Part shown: positions 14,473 through 24,858 of the stretch, one piece after another
How positions within the stretch are numbered: position 1 is the first letter of the stretch
Layout: each line of letters starts with the position of its first letter
Assembly: GCA_012961035.1 (NCBI GenBank)
Contig: DUAC01000093.1
Location: forward strand, 48,552-112,551
DNA from: Acidimicrobiia bacterium
Lineage (GTDB): Bacteria > Actinomycetota > Acidimicrobiia > Acidimicrobiales > MedAcidi-G1
Direction: 5' to 3'
Length of the DNA: 64,000 nucleotides
Position numbers and translations under genes: made by a program
Notes under the pieces: generated by a model
Database searches by the model: none
Seen by the model: the letters and a program-made list of their open reading frames with translations, nothing else
What the model was told of the DNA's origin: nothing

Positions 14473-15777
14473 ATGAACACACCTCTTGAAATCGCACCAG
14501 CCACCGGCCGCCTCGGGATCCTCACCCCCGGCATGGGCGCCGTGGCCTCCACCTTCATCGCCGGCGTGATCGCCGCCCGCAACGGCCTGACCGCTCCGAT
14601 CGGATCGGTCAGCCAGATGGCGCACATACGCCTGGGTGGTCGCGGCGAGGACCGCAACCCGCTCATCCGCGAGTTCGTGCCGCTGGCCGAACTGGACGAC
14701 ATCGTCTTCGGCGGCTGGGATCCCATCTCGGCCAACGTGCTGGAGGCCGCCCACACCTGCGGCGTGCTCGAGGAGAAGGACCTCGCTCCCATCTCGGCCG
14801 AGCTGGAGGGCATCATCGCCATGGACGCCGTCTTCAACAACCGCTGGGTCAAGAAGCTGGACGGCACCCGGGTCAAGTCCATCACCGCCATGTGGGACCA
14901 GGCCCAGGCCCTCATCGACGACATCGAGCGGTTCCGCATCCAGAACGAGTGCGACCGCCTGGTCATGGTCTGGTGCGGCTCTACCGAGGCCTACCAGGAG
15001 GCCAGCGCCGTACACGACAACATCGAGGCGTTCGAGGCCGGCCTGCGTGCCAACGACGAGAACATCTCCCCCAGCCAGATCTACGTATACGCCGCGCTGA
15101 TGAGCGACGTGCCGTTCGCCAACGGCGCACCGAACCTGAGCGTCGACCTGCCGTGCATGATCCAGTTGGCCGCCCGCCGCGGCGTGCCGATCGCCGGCAA
15201 GGACTTCAAGACCGGCCAGACCCTCATAAAGACCATGCTGGCCCCCGGCTTCAAGGCCCGGATGCTGGGCCTGCGCGGCTGGTACTCCACCAACATCCTG
15301 GGGAACCGGGACGGCGAGGTGCTGGACGACCCGGAGAACTTCAAGACCAAGGAGATGTCCAAGCTGGGCGTGCTGGACGCAATCCTCCAGCCGGACTCCT
15401 ACCCGGAGCTCTACGGCAACATCGACCACGTGGTGCGCATCAACTACTACCCGCCCCGAGGCGACAACAAAGAGGGCTGGGACGCCATCGACATCTTCGG
15501 ATGGATGGGCTACCCCATGCAGATCAAGGTGGACTTCCTCTGCCGTGACTCGATCCTGGCCGCCCCCATCGTCCTGGACCTGGCGCTCTTCCTGGACCTC
15601 GCACACCGGGCCGGACAGTCCGGCGTGCAGGAGTGGCTGTCCTTCTACCTGAAGGCTCCCCAGGCGGCCGGCGAGGCTCCTGCCGAGCACGACCTCTTCA
15701 TCCAGCAGACCAAGTTCAAGAACACGCTGCGGGAATGGATGGGCGAGCAGCCCGTCACGCACTCGGAAGCAGGCTGA
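14473..15777 (+). CDS. ino1: myo-Inositol-3-phosphate synthase (long, eukaryote-like type)
   Basis: 434 aa. Motifs GKDFKTGQT and CRDSILAAPIVLDLALFLDLA resemble the MIPS SGQTK and S-x-LAAPLI-x-DL motifs. N-terminal NAD-binding GxGxxA-like stretch. Confidence 0.88.
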   Translation: MNTPLEIAPATGRLGILTPGMGAVASTFIAGVIAARNGLTAPIGSVSQMAHIRLGGRGEDRNPLIREFVPLAELDDIVFGGWDPISANVLEAAHTCGVLEEKDLAPISAELEGIIAMDAVFNNRWVKKLDGTRVKSITAMWDQAQALIDDIERFRIQNECDRLVMVWCGSTEAYQEASAVHDNIEAFEAGLRANDENISPSQIYVYAALMSDVPFANGAPNLSVDLPCMIQLAARRGVPIAGKDFKTGQTLIKTMLAPGFKARMLGLRGWYSTNILGNRDGEVLDDPENFKTKEMSKLGVLDAILQPDSYPELYGNIDHVVRINYYPPRGDNKEGWDAIDIFGWMGYPMQIKVDFLCRDSILAAPIVLDLALFLDLAHRAGQSGVQEWLSFYLKAPQAAGEAPAEHDLFIQQTKFKNTLREWMGEQPVTHSEAG

Positions 15778-15805
15778 CCCGGCCGACCCGGGTCCGACCG
15801 CCGAC

Positions 15806-16666
15806 TCAGGCGGGGACGCACTCCGGGCGCCGCCACAACTCCGGATACAGGTCGCCACCGATCCGGTCACCGTGATCCAGCCCCGCGGCACGCATGTCCC
15901 CGCTGTGGTCGGGATCCATGCCCTCCGGACGGAAGGCCACACGCACGTCGTCGCCCAGCCACTGCGTGTTGAAGACCTGCAGGTCGCGGTCCGGCGCCAG
16001 GTTGCCGGATCCTCCGTGGACCATCCGCGCATTGAAGACCACCACGTCCCCGGGGACCATGGCCCAGGACAGGATCTCGTAGGCGTCCCTCTCGGCCTCG
16101 ATGTCTGGTAGCGGTCCCGCCTGATCCCCTTCGGCGTAGGCGACCGTGTCCCGGTCATCACCGGTGAGGGCGGCGAAGTTCTCCTGCCGAAACCGCTCCG
16201 GCCACAGGTGCGAGCCCCGGACCAGCTCCAGAGAGCTCTCCCGGGCAACCGGCACCAGCGGCATCCAGATCGAGCACGTGTCGAAGCCCTCGACCGACCA
16301 GTACGGCTCGTCCTGGTGGAACGGCGTGCGGAACCGGTTGCCGGGCGACCGGACGAACACGGCGTCGTAGAAGAAGTTGACCGCCGTGGCCCCCAGCAGT
16401 CGGCCGGCGACCTCGGCGGCGGGCGAGTCCACGGCGAAGTCCCGGTACTCGTCGATGTGCAGCCAGGACTGGTTGTCGAAGAAACAGGTCCGGCCCTCGG
16501 CGTCGCGGTCCCAGAATCGTGCCCGGTCGGACGGTTCGGCAATGTTCTTCTGGACGCCCCGCCGCAGCGACTCGATCCATTCCGGGCCGAAGGCGCCCCG
16601 CAGGCAGACCACGCCGTCAGCGGCGAACGTCCGGACCTGCTCGTCGGTGACCATCAGGTGCCCCAT
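15806..16666 (-). CDS. Phytanoyl-CoA dioxygenase (PhyH) family Fe(II)/2OG oxygenase
   Basis: ORF 15806..16789, start ATG 16666 (MGHLMVTDEQV...). HxD (FHQDEPYW) plus distal His (MVHGGSGN) form the facial triad. Confidence 0.8.
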   Translation of the reverse strand: MGHLMVTDEQVRTFAADGVVCLRGAFGPEWIESLRRGVQKNIAEPSDRARFWDRDAEGRTCFFDNQSWLHIDEYRDFAVDSPAAEVAGRLLGATAVNFFYDAVFVRSPGNRFRTPFHQDEPYWSVEGFDTCSIWMPLVPVARESSLELVRGSHLWPERFRQENFAALTGDDRDTVAYAEGDQAGPLPDIEAERDAYEILSWAMVPGDVVVFNARMVHGGSGNLAPDRDLQVFNTQWLGDDVRVAFRPEGMDPDHSGDMRAAGLDHGDRIGGDLYPELWRRPECVPA

Positions 16667-16677
16667 GGGCGCGGACC

Positions 16678-18237
16678 CTAGATGCGGCTCTCGTGGCCTG
16701 CCCAGTATTCGTCCTTCAGGAGGCGCTTGTAGAGCTTGCCTGTGGGATGCCGCGGCAGTTCGTCGCGGAAGTCCACGCTGCGGGGGCACTTCACGTCGGC
16801 CAGCTGCGAGCGGCAGAAGGCGACCAGCTCGGCAGCCAGCTCCGGGCCGGCGGCCGCCGGATCCACCGGCTGGACGATCGCCTTGACCTCCTCGCCGAAG
16901 TCCTCGTTCGGGACGCCGATGACCGCCACGTCGAACACCGCCGGGTGCATCGTCAGGACGTTCTCGGCTTCCTGGGGATAGATGTTCACCCCGCCCGAGA
17001 TGATCATGTACGCCTTGCGGTCGGTCAGGAAGAGGAAGCCGTCCTCGTCGAGGCGGCCTACGTCGCCCAGCGTGCTGGTGTTGGCGTTCAGCTTGGCCTC
17101 AGCGGTCTTGACCGGATCGTTGTGGTACTCGAACGTGGAGTTGCCCCGGAAGTACACGCCACCCTCGGTGCCCACCGGCACCTCGTTCCCGTCGTCGTCC
17201 AGGATGACGACCTCGCCCAGCAGGGCCCTGCCGACCGTGCCCGGGTGCTCCAACCAGTCCTGCGAGTTCGTGTAGGTGAGGCCGTTGCCCTCAGTGCCTG
17301 CGTAGTACTCGTGCAGCACCGGGCCCCACCACTCGATCATCCGACGCTTCACGTCCACCGGGCAGGGGGCTGCGGCATGCACGGCCGAGATCAGGCTGGA
17401 CACGTCGTACCCGGCCCGGACCTCGTCGGGGAGCTTCAGCATCCTCACGAACATGGTCGGCACCCACTGGCTCCAGGAGACCTCGTGCTCCTGGATCGCG
17501 GCCAGCGCCGACTCTGCGTCGAATCGCTCCATGGCCACCACCGTGCAACCCAGGCGATGCGCCCCCAGGCAGAAGCGCAGCGGGGCGGCGTGGTACAGGG
17601 GTGCCGGTGACAGGTAGACGGATCCGGGCGTGGCCCCGAAGAGGGCCTCGGCCATCATCGTGATGGAGTTGCCTGCGCCCAACCCCTGGCCGGACATCGG
17701 CGACTTGACACCCTTCGGGCGGCCCGTCGTGCCCGAGGAATAGAGCATGTCCTGGCCCTCGGTCCGGTCGGGCAGGGGCTCAGACGACTGGGCGGCGACC
17801 GCGTCCTCGAAGCAGGCATGGCCGGCCACAGGACCACCGAGAGCGAAACGGGACTCGACAGCCGGCGTGGCCGCGTTGATCTCGGCCACGGCGTCGGCCT
17901 TGTAGGGCGAGGTCACGAACGAACGTGCCCCGCAGTCGTCCACGATGTAGGCGATCTCGTCGGCTGTGAGCCTCGACGAGATAGCGGTGTAGTACAGCCC
18001 GGCGTAGTGGGCACCCCAGGCGACCGCCAGGAACTCGATCCGGTTCTCCATGCAGAAGGCCACATGGTCGCCGGCCTGGATGCCGAGGCTCCTGAAGAGC
18101 CGCGAGATGCGGTTGGCCTCGGCGTCCAGTTCCCCGTAGGTCATGGTCTCGCCGGATCCGGTCATCACGATCGCCGGACGATCAGGGAACTCGGCGGCCC
18201 ACCGGCCCGGGTACTGGAGCGCGTTCTCGTCGGTCAT
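16678..18237 (-). CDS. AMP-dependent acyl-CoA synthetase/ligase
   Basis: ORF 16678..18327, start ATG 18237 (MTDENALQYPG...). AMP-binding motif YSSGTTGRPKG and C-terminal GKLYKR lysine motif. Confidence 0.88.
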   Translation of the reverse strand: MTDENALQYPGRWAAEFPDRPAIVMTGSGETMTYGELDAEANRISRLFRSLGIQAGDHVAFCMENRIEFLAVAWGAHYAGLYYTAISSRLTADEIAYIVDDCGARSFVTSPYKADAVAEINAATPAVESRFALGGPVAGHACFEDAVAAQSSEPLPDRTEGQDMLYSSGTTGRPKGVKSPMSGQGLGAGNSITMMAEALFGATPGSVYLSPAPLYHAAPLRFCLGAHRLGCTVVAMERFDAESALAAIQEHEVSWSQWVPTMFVRMLKLPDEVRAGYDVSSLISAVHAAAPCPVDVKRRMIEWWGPVLHEYYAGTEGNGLTYTNSQDWLEHPGTVGRALLGEVVILDDDGNEVPVGTEGGVYFRGNSTFEYHNDPVKTAEAKLNANTSTLGDVGRLDEDGFLFLTDRKAYMIISGGVNIYPQEAENVLTMHPAVFDVAVIGVPNEDFGEEVKAIVQPVDPAAAGPELAAELVAFCRSQLADVKCPRSVDFRDELPRHPTGKLYKRLLKDEYWAGHESRI

Positions 18238-18352
18238 GGCGCCGGAACCTACCGGTCCGACGGTCGGCGCCCGGAAGCGGGCGTGGCCGGTCGTCGCTCC
18301 TGCGGACCTGATTCGTCGTCCTGTCACAGTCCGCGCCTACCTTTCGACCCTG

Positions 18353-21300
18353 ATGTCGACGACGAAGATCATCCGGGCGAACCACGGGAAGGCGGCGACG
18401 GCCGCCCTCACCGAGGCGGTTACCGCGTTCAAGAACGGCGACCCGCTCACAGCCGTCACCGTCGTCGTCACCGACCACGCACAGGGAATACGCCTCAGAC
18501 GCCTGTTGGCGGCACGGTCCGTCGGCGGCCCCTCGGTCGCAGGCATAACCGCGATCAGGATGGTCACACTCCTGGACCTCTCCCGTGACCTCACAGCCGG
18601 CGCTGTCGAACTCGAGGGACGGCGATCGGTCAGCGACGCCGTGGTCCTGGCAGCCGCCCGGCGGGTCCTCGCCGAGGATCCGGGGGTCTTCGGCCCGGTC
18701 GCCGACCATCCCTCCCTTGAGCGCGCTCTGCTGGCAGCGCACCGGGACCTCCGCGAGGTGGATGCCGGGAGCATCGAACGACTCGCCCGCCTCGGTGGCC
18801 TACCCGCCGGTCTCGCCAGCATCCACCGGACCCTGCTCCACCGGTTGGCGCCGCACTTCCACGACGAACGTGAACGCTCAGACCTGGCTGCCCACCGACT
18901 TCGCCAGAATTCGATATCGCTCCCCCCGCTCGTGGTCCACCTTCCCGGTCGGCTGGCGGCTTCGGAACGTCGCCTCCTGGTCGCCCTGGCCGAGGCCGGT
19001 CCGGTCACCATCATCTGTGGCCATGCCGAGGGCCACCCCGATCCGGAGGCCGAAGCGCTCGCAACCATGCTCGGGCTGGCGCTCCCGGGGTCGCCGGCCC
19101 CCGCAGCCTCCGTCGAACGGCTCGTCATCTCGGTCCCCGACCAGGAGGAAGAGGCCCGGGTCGCCGTTCGACAGATCCTCGATGCGGCGCGGACCGGTAC
19201 CCCCCTCGCGCGTATCGCCGTGGTCCATCCACCCAGCAGCGACTACGTGCGACTGCTCCACGAGCGACTCAGGTCCTCGGGCATCGAGTTCAACGGCTCC
19301 TCGGTCCGGCGGCTTGACGAGACCACGGTCGGTCGGTTCCTGCTGGGCGCACTGTCCCTGTCGGCAAATGGCCTACGTCGGGTCGACCTCGAAGCCCTTT
19401 TCGCCACCGCTCCACTCCGGGACCCCGACCACAAACAGGTCCCGGAAAGCGCCTGGGGGCGGCTGGCCCGACGCTCCGGCGTGGTCGGTGGTCTCGACGA
19501 CTGGACAATGCGACTCGAGCTGCTCGCCGCCGAGTTCACGACACAATGCACCGAGGAGGAGTCGGCGGACGCCCGACCCTGGCTCATCGACAGGCTGGAT
19601 CGGGATGCCGAGCAGTGCCGTCGGCTCCTGGCCTTCGTCACCGGTCTCGACAGGGACCTTCGACGGATAGCCGCTGCACGATCCTGGAACGCCCGCTGCA
19701 CACAGGCCGGACGGCTCCTAGGTCGCTACCTCGGAAGCGATTCGGTAAGAGAAGCCTGGCCCGTCGACGAACTCCTGGCCATGGAGACGGCCAGGTCGGT
19801 CCTGGATCGACTGGCGCTACTCGACGAGGTCGAACCCGATGCCACCCTCGCCGGGTTCTGTCGGGCGGTAGCCGCCGAATGCAGGCGGCCGCTGAGCCGG
19901 GAGGGCAGGACGGGCCAGGGCGTGCAGGTCCTCGGAGTAGACCAGTCACCCGGCCTCGACGTCGAGGTGGTGATCCTGCTGGGTCTCTCCGAGGGCCTGA
20001 TGCCGACCCGGCCTGCCAACGACGCCCTCCTACCGGACGCCACCCGTCTCGCTGCCCAGACAGGCCTCCCGGTTAGACACGACCACACGACCCGCCAGCA
20101 CCGGGGTTTCGCCGCGGCCATGACTGCCGCCTCCCGACGGGTGGTTCTGGTCCATCCGCGGGGCGACCTCCGACGGTCGGGTGAACGTCCGCCATCCAGG
20201 TGGCTACTGGCCGAGATCGAGGCGTTCACCGGACACCGGCCCGACCCGGGCGAGCTGGCGCAGACCACCGCGTCGTGGTACCGCCATGTGGCCTCCTTCG
20301 CCCAGGCCCTGACCGTTGACGAGCCGGCCACCGACCAGGAGTACGAGCTCGGCCTACTGCTCGGCGGTCGAGCCGTTGACGCCACCCTGTACCTGGCCGA
20401 TCCCGCCTTTCGCCGGGGGGTCGACTGCATCTCCGCCCGTCTCAGTCCGAAGCTGACCAGGTTCGACGGCAACCTCGCTGGTGTCACCATTCCCGGTCTG
20501 GATACCGGCGAACTCTCCTCCACCCGGTTGGAGCGCTGGGTGGAGTGTCCGTTCGCCTACTTCTCCGAATACGTCCTGGGGGTCCGCTCCGAGGAGGAGC
20601 CAGCCTCCGGCATCCACCTGTCGCCCCTCGTCCGAGGCTCGATCATCCACCGGTGCCTGGAGCGCCTCGTCGGCGAACGACTCGAACACGACACGCTGCC
20701 CGGCCCCGGCAGGCCCTGGTCGGTGGCTGACCACCAGCGGCTCTCCGAGATCCTGGTCGAGGAATGCGCCCGCGCCGACGCACGTGGCGAGGCCGCCCAC
20801 CCGCTGTTCTGGCCCGTTATCCGCGCCCGCATGGATGCCGAGCTCCAGGACTTCCTGGCGCAGGACTCCGACACCCGGGCCTCCCAGCACTCCACACCGG
20901 TGGCGGCCGAATACCGATTCGGTGGTCCGACATCGCTTCCGGTGACCCTCGCGGACGGCAGGACCCTCAGGTTCCGAGGCGCCATAGACCGGGTGGACCG
21001 GATCGATGGCGGGGGTGTGGTCGTGATCGACGTCAAGAGCGGCAGGCCGGACCGGTTCCGTCCGATCGGCGCCGAGGCCCCGTTTCCCGGCGGCACCAGG
21101 CTCCAGCTGCCGATCTACGGCCTGGCGGCGGCGGCCCTCGGCCACGGACCGACCAGCCACGCCGCCTTCGCCTTCGTGGGCGCCGAACGCAGCGGCGACC
21201 ATCGCATCGGCTATCCCCTCACGTCGGGGGTGCTGGACGAGTTCGCCACCGTGCTGGAGCGCATAGTGACCGGCATCGAGGCGGGGGCATTCCCGAACCA

Positions 21301-21475
21301 TCCTCCGGAACCGACCCGCTTAGGCGGTTTCACCTGCCCACACTGTTCGCCCGATGGACTCGACACCAGGCGCCTGCAGGCCGCCTGCGACCGCAAGGCG
21401 TCAGATGCGGCAATGGACCTCCACCTCCGGCATGTCACCGAGCCGGTCGATGACGAGACAGAGCTGTCCCGATGA
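18353..21475 (+). CDS. addB: AddB-like helicase-nuclease subunit (degenerate motor, PD-(D/E)XK nuclease with Cys staple)
   Basis: ORF 18143..21475, start ATG 18353. Nuclease motif IDRVDRIDGGGVVVIDVKSGR. Cys in WVECPFAYF plus C-terminal CPHC-x13-C. Only a degenerate Walker A-like stretch (ANHGKAAT). Confidence 0.75.
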   Translation: MSTTKIIRANHGKAATAALTEAVTAFKNGDPLTAVTVVVTDHAQGIRLRRLLAARSVGGPSVAGITAIRMVTLLDLSRDLTAGAVELEGRRSVSDAVVLAAARRVLAEDPGVFGPVADHPSLERALLAAHRDLREVDAGSIERLARLGGLPAGLASIHRTLLHRLAPHFHDERERSDLAAHRLRQNSISLPPLVVHLPGRLAASERRLLVALAEAGPVTIICGHAEGHPDPEAEALATMLGLALPGSPAPAASVERLVISVPDQEEEARVAVRQILDAARTGTPLARIAVVHPPSSDYVRLLHERLRSSGIEFNGSSVRRLDETTVGRFLLGALSLSANGLRRVDLEALFATAPLRDPDHKQVPESAWGRLARRSGVVGGLDDWTMRLELLAAEFTTQCTEEESADARPWLIDRLDRDAEQCRRLLAFVTGLDRDLRRIAAARSWNARCTQAGRLLGRYLGSDSVREAWPVDELLAMETARSVLDRLALLDEVEPDATLAGFCRAVAAECRRPLSREGRTGQGVQVLGVDQSPGLDVEVVILLGLSEGLMPTRPANDALLPDATRLAAQTGLPVRHDHTTRQHRGFAAAMTAASRRVVLVHPRGDLRRSGERPPSRWLLAEIEAFTGHRPDPGELAQTTASWYRHVASFAQALTVDEPATDQEYELGLLLGGRAVDATLYLADPAFRRGVDCISARLSPKLTRFDGNLAGVTIPGLDTGELSSTRLERWVECPFAYFSEYVLGVRSEEEPASGIHLSPLVRGSIIHRCLERLVGERLEHDTLPGPGRPWSVADHQRLSEILVEECARADARGEAAHPLFWPVIRARMDAELQDFLAQDSDTRASQHSTPVAAEYRFGGPTSLPVTLADGRTLRFRGAIDRVDRIDGGGVVVIDVKSGRPDRFRPIGAEAPFPGGTRLQLPIYGLAAAALGHGPTSHAAFAFVGAERSGDHRIGYPLTSGVLDEFATVLERIVTGIEAGAFPNHPPEPTRLGGFTCPHCSPDGLDTRRLQAACDRKASDAAMDLHLRHVTEPVDDETELSR

Positions 21476-24400
21476 GTCGGACCGGGCCTCCAACCGACCA
21501 GTCCGCCCGCGACGACATCGCCACGCTCCTCGACCAGAACCTCTTCGTAGAGGCCGGAGCCGGCACCGGTAAGACCACTGCCCTCATCGGACGCATGGTG
21601 GCAATGGTCCTGGACCGCGCCATGCCGATCGAATCGATCGTCGCCATCACCTTCACCGAACGCGCTGCATCGGAACTCCGAGACCGGTTCCGACTGTCCC
21701 TCGAACACGTCGTCCGTACCGAAGCCGACGGGAACCGGCGAGACCTCGCCGAACGGGCCCTGACCGATGTCGACCTCGCCGCGATCTCGACGCTCCACGG
21801 CTTCGCCCGTCGGATCCTCACCGAACATCCGCTCGAGGCCGGCCTGCCACCTGCCTTCGACCTCCTCGACGAGGTCACCAGCCGTCTCGCCTTCGACGAA
21901 CGGTGGAACGAACTGGAACGCCGGCTGCTCGACGACCCGGCGCTCTCGCACACCCTGCTGCTGGCCGCCGACCTCGACATCACCCCCGGCCACCTCCGTG
22001 ACCTCGCCGAGAAACTCGACGAGAACTGGGACCTCCTGGTGGTCACAGGGAGTCCGCCGCCGGATCCGGTGGTGGACGTCGGCCCGCTGCTCGCCGCTCT
22101 GGACGCCATCACCATCCTCGGACGCGACGACCTTCCCGACGACGACAAGCTCCAGACCCGCATCGACGCCGTGGCCTCGCTCCGGACCGAGATTGCCACC
22201 CTGACCGACGACTTCGACCTCCTGGCGCTGCTACAGGTCAAGCGGGGACTCTCGACGGTGAAGTTCGGAAGTCCGGGTGCGACAGCCGTCTGGGGCGACA
22301 CGAAGGCCGAGATCATCGCCGCCAAGAAGGTCGCCGTCGAGATGTGGGACACGACCATCGTGGACGTCTCCGACCAGGTCCTACGGCGCCTCCTGCATGA
22401 GCTGATCGTCGGTGCCCGGACCGCCGCCGAGGAACGCCGACATGCGGGGGTGCTGACCTTCCACGACCTCCTCGTAGACGCACGGAACCTCCTCGCGGAC
22501 CCCGACGTGGGACCAGCCGTTCGGGCGGCCCTGAACGAGCGGTACCGGGCCATCTTGTTGGACGAGTTCCAGGACACCGACCCGATCCAGTTGGAGCTGG
22601 CCCTGATGATCGCCGATCCTGTCTCACGCCCCGGCGCTCCGCTGGACGAGTCCTCGCCCGCTGGCGGATCGATCTTCATGGTCGGTGATCCCAAGCAGTC
22701 GATCTACCGGTTCCGGCGAGCCGACATCGCCCTCTACCTGGAGGCCCGACGCTCGCTGCCGGCCACCCCGGTCGCCCTCACCGAGAACTTCCGGACCACC
22801 GTCGAGGTGATCGACTGGATCAACGCCGTGTTCGGGTGCCTCATCGAAGCCGGCGATGGCCAGCCGGAGTACGTCCCCCTCGTCGGCCGCCGCGCCGCGG
22901 CGTCGATCGGGTCCTCCGTGACCCTGCTCGGGGCATCGGCCCACAGCGACCTCAGGGCCGACGAGCTGCGCTCCATGGAAGCCGCCGACGTCGCCGCTGC
23001 AGTCACCACGGCCGTGGCCGACGGCTGGACGGTCGAGGGCGCCGACGGAGGCGAACGCGCCTGCACGTTTGCCGACATCGCTGTCCTCATCCCCTCGCGT
23101 ACGTCGCTGACCGATCTCGAGGACGCCTTCGACCACGCCGACATCCCCTACCGGGCCGAATCCAGTTCGCTGCTGTTCGGAACCGCCGAGGTCCGTGACC
23201 TCCTGATGGTGCTGCGCGCCATCGACGACCCCTTCGACGACCTGGCGATCGTGCATGCCCTCCGGACCCCGTACCTGGGGTGTGGCGACGACGACCTCGC
23301 ACGCTGGCATGTCGAGTTCGGTGGATCCTGGAACCACCAGTCCGAGTCACCCCAGGCAGCCCCGGCCGACCACCCCGTCGCCCAGGGCCTTGCCTGGATG
23401 GGAGAACTCCACCGCACCCGTCACCACGAGGGGCCTAGTGCGATCCTGGAGCGCCTCATCACACAACGGCGTGTCCTTGAGCTGGCGGCCGTCACCCCAC
23501 GACCCCGGGAGGTCTGGCGACGCGTCCGGTTGTTCGCCGACCGGGCCCGGGCCTTCGCCGAGGCCAATGGCGGTTCGATCCGGGCATTCGTCAACTGGTC
23601 CCTCCACCAGGCGGAGGACGGCAGCCGTGTGACAGAGACCGTGCTACCTGAACTGGATGACGACGCTGTCCGCATCCTCACCATCCATGGAGCGAAGGGT
23701 CTCGAGTTCCCGATCACGATCGTGTCCGGGCTCTCAGGAGCGGGAAGGTCGAGCAGCACCGATGTGGACCTCGTGTTCGGACCCGACGGGACCCCGGAGG
23801 CGAAGGTCCGTATGGCACAGGCGACGCGCGGATACGCGGCCGCCCAGGAGGCCAGCCGTGCCTTCGACCTGGCCGAACGCCTCCGCCTGCTCTACGTGGC
23901 GACCACACGGGCACGTGACCACCTGGTGGTCTCCCTGCACCGCTCCGGCGATGCCGATGCGGACAAGAAGCCGGCTGACCGGTCGACACCGGCGCGCCAG
24001 ATCGCCGCCGCTCTCGCAGCGCTGGGAAACAGCGCTCCCGACAGCGACGACCTGGTCCCGACCTCGGGGTCCCTGCCTGCACCGGTCGTCCCGGAACCAC
24101 CGGTCAGGCCCGATAGGAATGACTGGAGGTCTGAGCGCCTGGCGGCCATCGATGCAGCGTCCGGGCGCCAGACCCTGGCCGCCACGAGGATCGCCGCACA
24201 CGCGGCACCGGACCTCCCGACCGACCGGGCACGACCCGGCGAGGCGGGGCGACACGGAACAGCGGTCGGGCGCGCCGTCCACGGTGCGCTTGAGCATGCC
24301 CCGTTCGACGACGCCGACGTCAGCGCCCTGGCAAGGGAACACGCCATCAACGAAGGGGTGGCCGAGGAGGTGCCGCGGGTCGAGACCCTGATCCGGGCGG

Positions 24401-24798
24401 CACTCGCCTCGGACGTGGTCCGAGCTGCCGCCGGGGCACGACACTGGCGGGAGCTGTACGTGGCCGCTCCGCTTGTCGACGACCCGGGCTCACCGGTGGT
24501 CGAGGGATTCATCGACCTCGCCTACCTGGATTGCGGGCCCGAGGAACCCGAGTTGGTCATCGTCGACTACAAGACCGATGCCGTGGTCGACGACGCCGAC
24601 CGCATCGCCAAGGCCTCCCGCTACCGACTCCAGGGGGCGACGTATGCCCTGGCAGCCGAACGATCCACCGGCCTGACCGTCCAGAGGGTCGTGTTCTGCT
24701 TCCTCTCAGGAGACGGCGCCGTCGAGGTCGACATCCAGGACCTCCCGGCCGCCATGGCCGAGGTGGCAGAGGTGGTCAGGGACATGACCGGCGTCTGA
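21472..24798 (+). CDS. addA: AddA-like UvrD/Rep-family helicase with C-terminal RecB-type nuclease
   Basis: 1108 aa. Walker A AGAGTGKT, motif II DEFQDTD, C-terminal GFIDLAY...VIVDYKTD nuclease motif. ATGA overlap with the upstream addB-like stop. Confidence 0.88.
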   Translation: MSRTGPPTDQSARDDIATLLDQNLFVEAGAGTGKTTALIGRMVAMVLDRAMPIESIVAITFTERAASELRDRFRLSLEHVVRTEADGNRRDLAERALTDVDLAAISTLHGFARRILTEHPLEAGLPPAFDLLDEVTSRLAFDERWNELERRLLDDPALSHTLLLAADLDITPGHLRDLAEKLDENWDLLVVTGSPPPDPVVDVGPLLAALDAITILGRDDLPDDDKLQTRIDAVASLRTEIATLTDDFDLLALLQVKRGLSTVKFGSPGATAVWGDTKAEIIAAKKVAVEMWDTTIVDVSDQVLRRLLHELIVGARTAAEERRHAGVLTFHDLLVDARNLLADPDVGPAVRAALNERYRAILLDEFQDTDPIQLELALMIADPVSRPGAPLDESSPAGGSIFMVGDPKQSIYRFRRADIALYLEARRSLPATPVALTENFRTTVEVIDWINAVFGCLIEAGDGQPEYVPLVGRRAAASIGSSVTLLGASAHSDLRADELRSMEAADVAAAVTTAVADGWTVEGADGGERACTFADIAVLIPSRTSLTDLEDAFDHADIPYRAESSSLLFGTAEVRDLLMVLRAIDDPFDDLAIVHALRTPYLGCGDDDLARWHVEFGGSWNHQSESPQAAPADHPVAQGLAWMGELHRTRHHEGPSAILERLITQRRVLELAAVTPRPREVWRRVRLFADRARAFAEANGGSIRAFVNWSLHQAEDGSRVTETVLPELDDDAVRILTIHGAKGLEFPITIVSGLSGAGRSSSTDVDLVFGPDGTPEAKVRMAQATRGYAAAQEASRAFDLAERLRLLYVATTRARDHLVVSLHRSGDADADKKPADRSTPARQIAAALAALGNSAPDSDDLVPTSGSLPAPVVPEPPVRPDRNDWRSERLAAIDAASGRQTLAATRIAAHAAPDLPTDRARPGEAGRHGTAVGRAVHGALEHAPFDDADVSALAREHAINEGVAEEVPRVETLIRAALASDVVRAAAGARHWRELYVAAPLVDDPGSPVVEGFIDLAYLDCGPEEPELVIVDYKTDAVVDDADRIAKASRYRLQGATYALAAERSTGLTVQRVVFCFLSGDGAVEVDIQDLPAAMAEVAEVVRDMTGV

Positions 24799-24858
24799 CC
24801 ACAGGACCAGCACCTCCGGGTCGAGACCCACAGTCCGGCTACCGGTAGCGTCGCTCAG

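Noticed and set aside
14458-16542. Very long ORFs antisense to, or out of frame with, recognised genes. Examples: 14458..16542 (694 aa), 30282..33227 (981 aa), 59689..61152, 11500..13590, and many others in the ORF track.
   Set aside because: Their translations are Arg/Pro/Gly/Ala-rich low-complexity strings with no motifs. They overlap genes with unambiguous family signatures. Stop-poor alternative frames are expected at this GC content.
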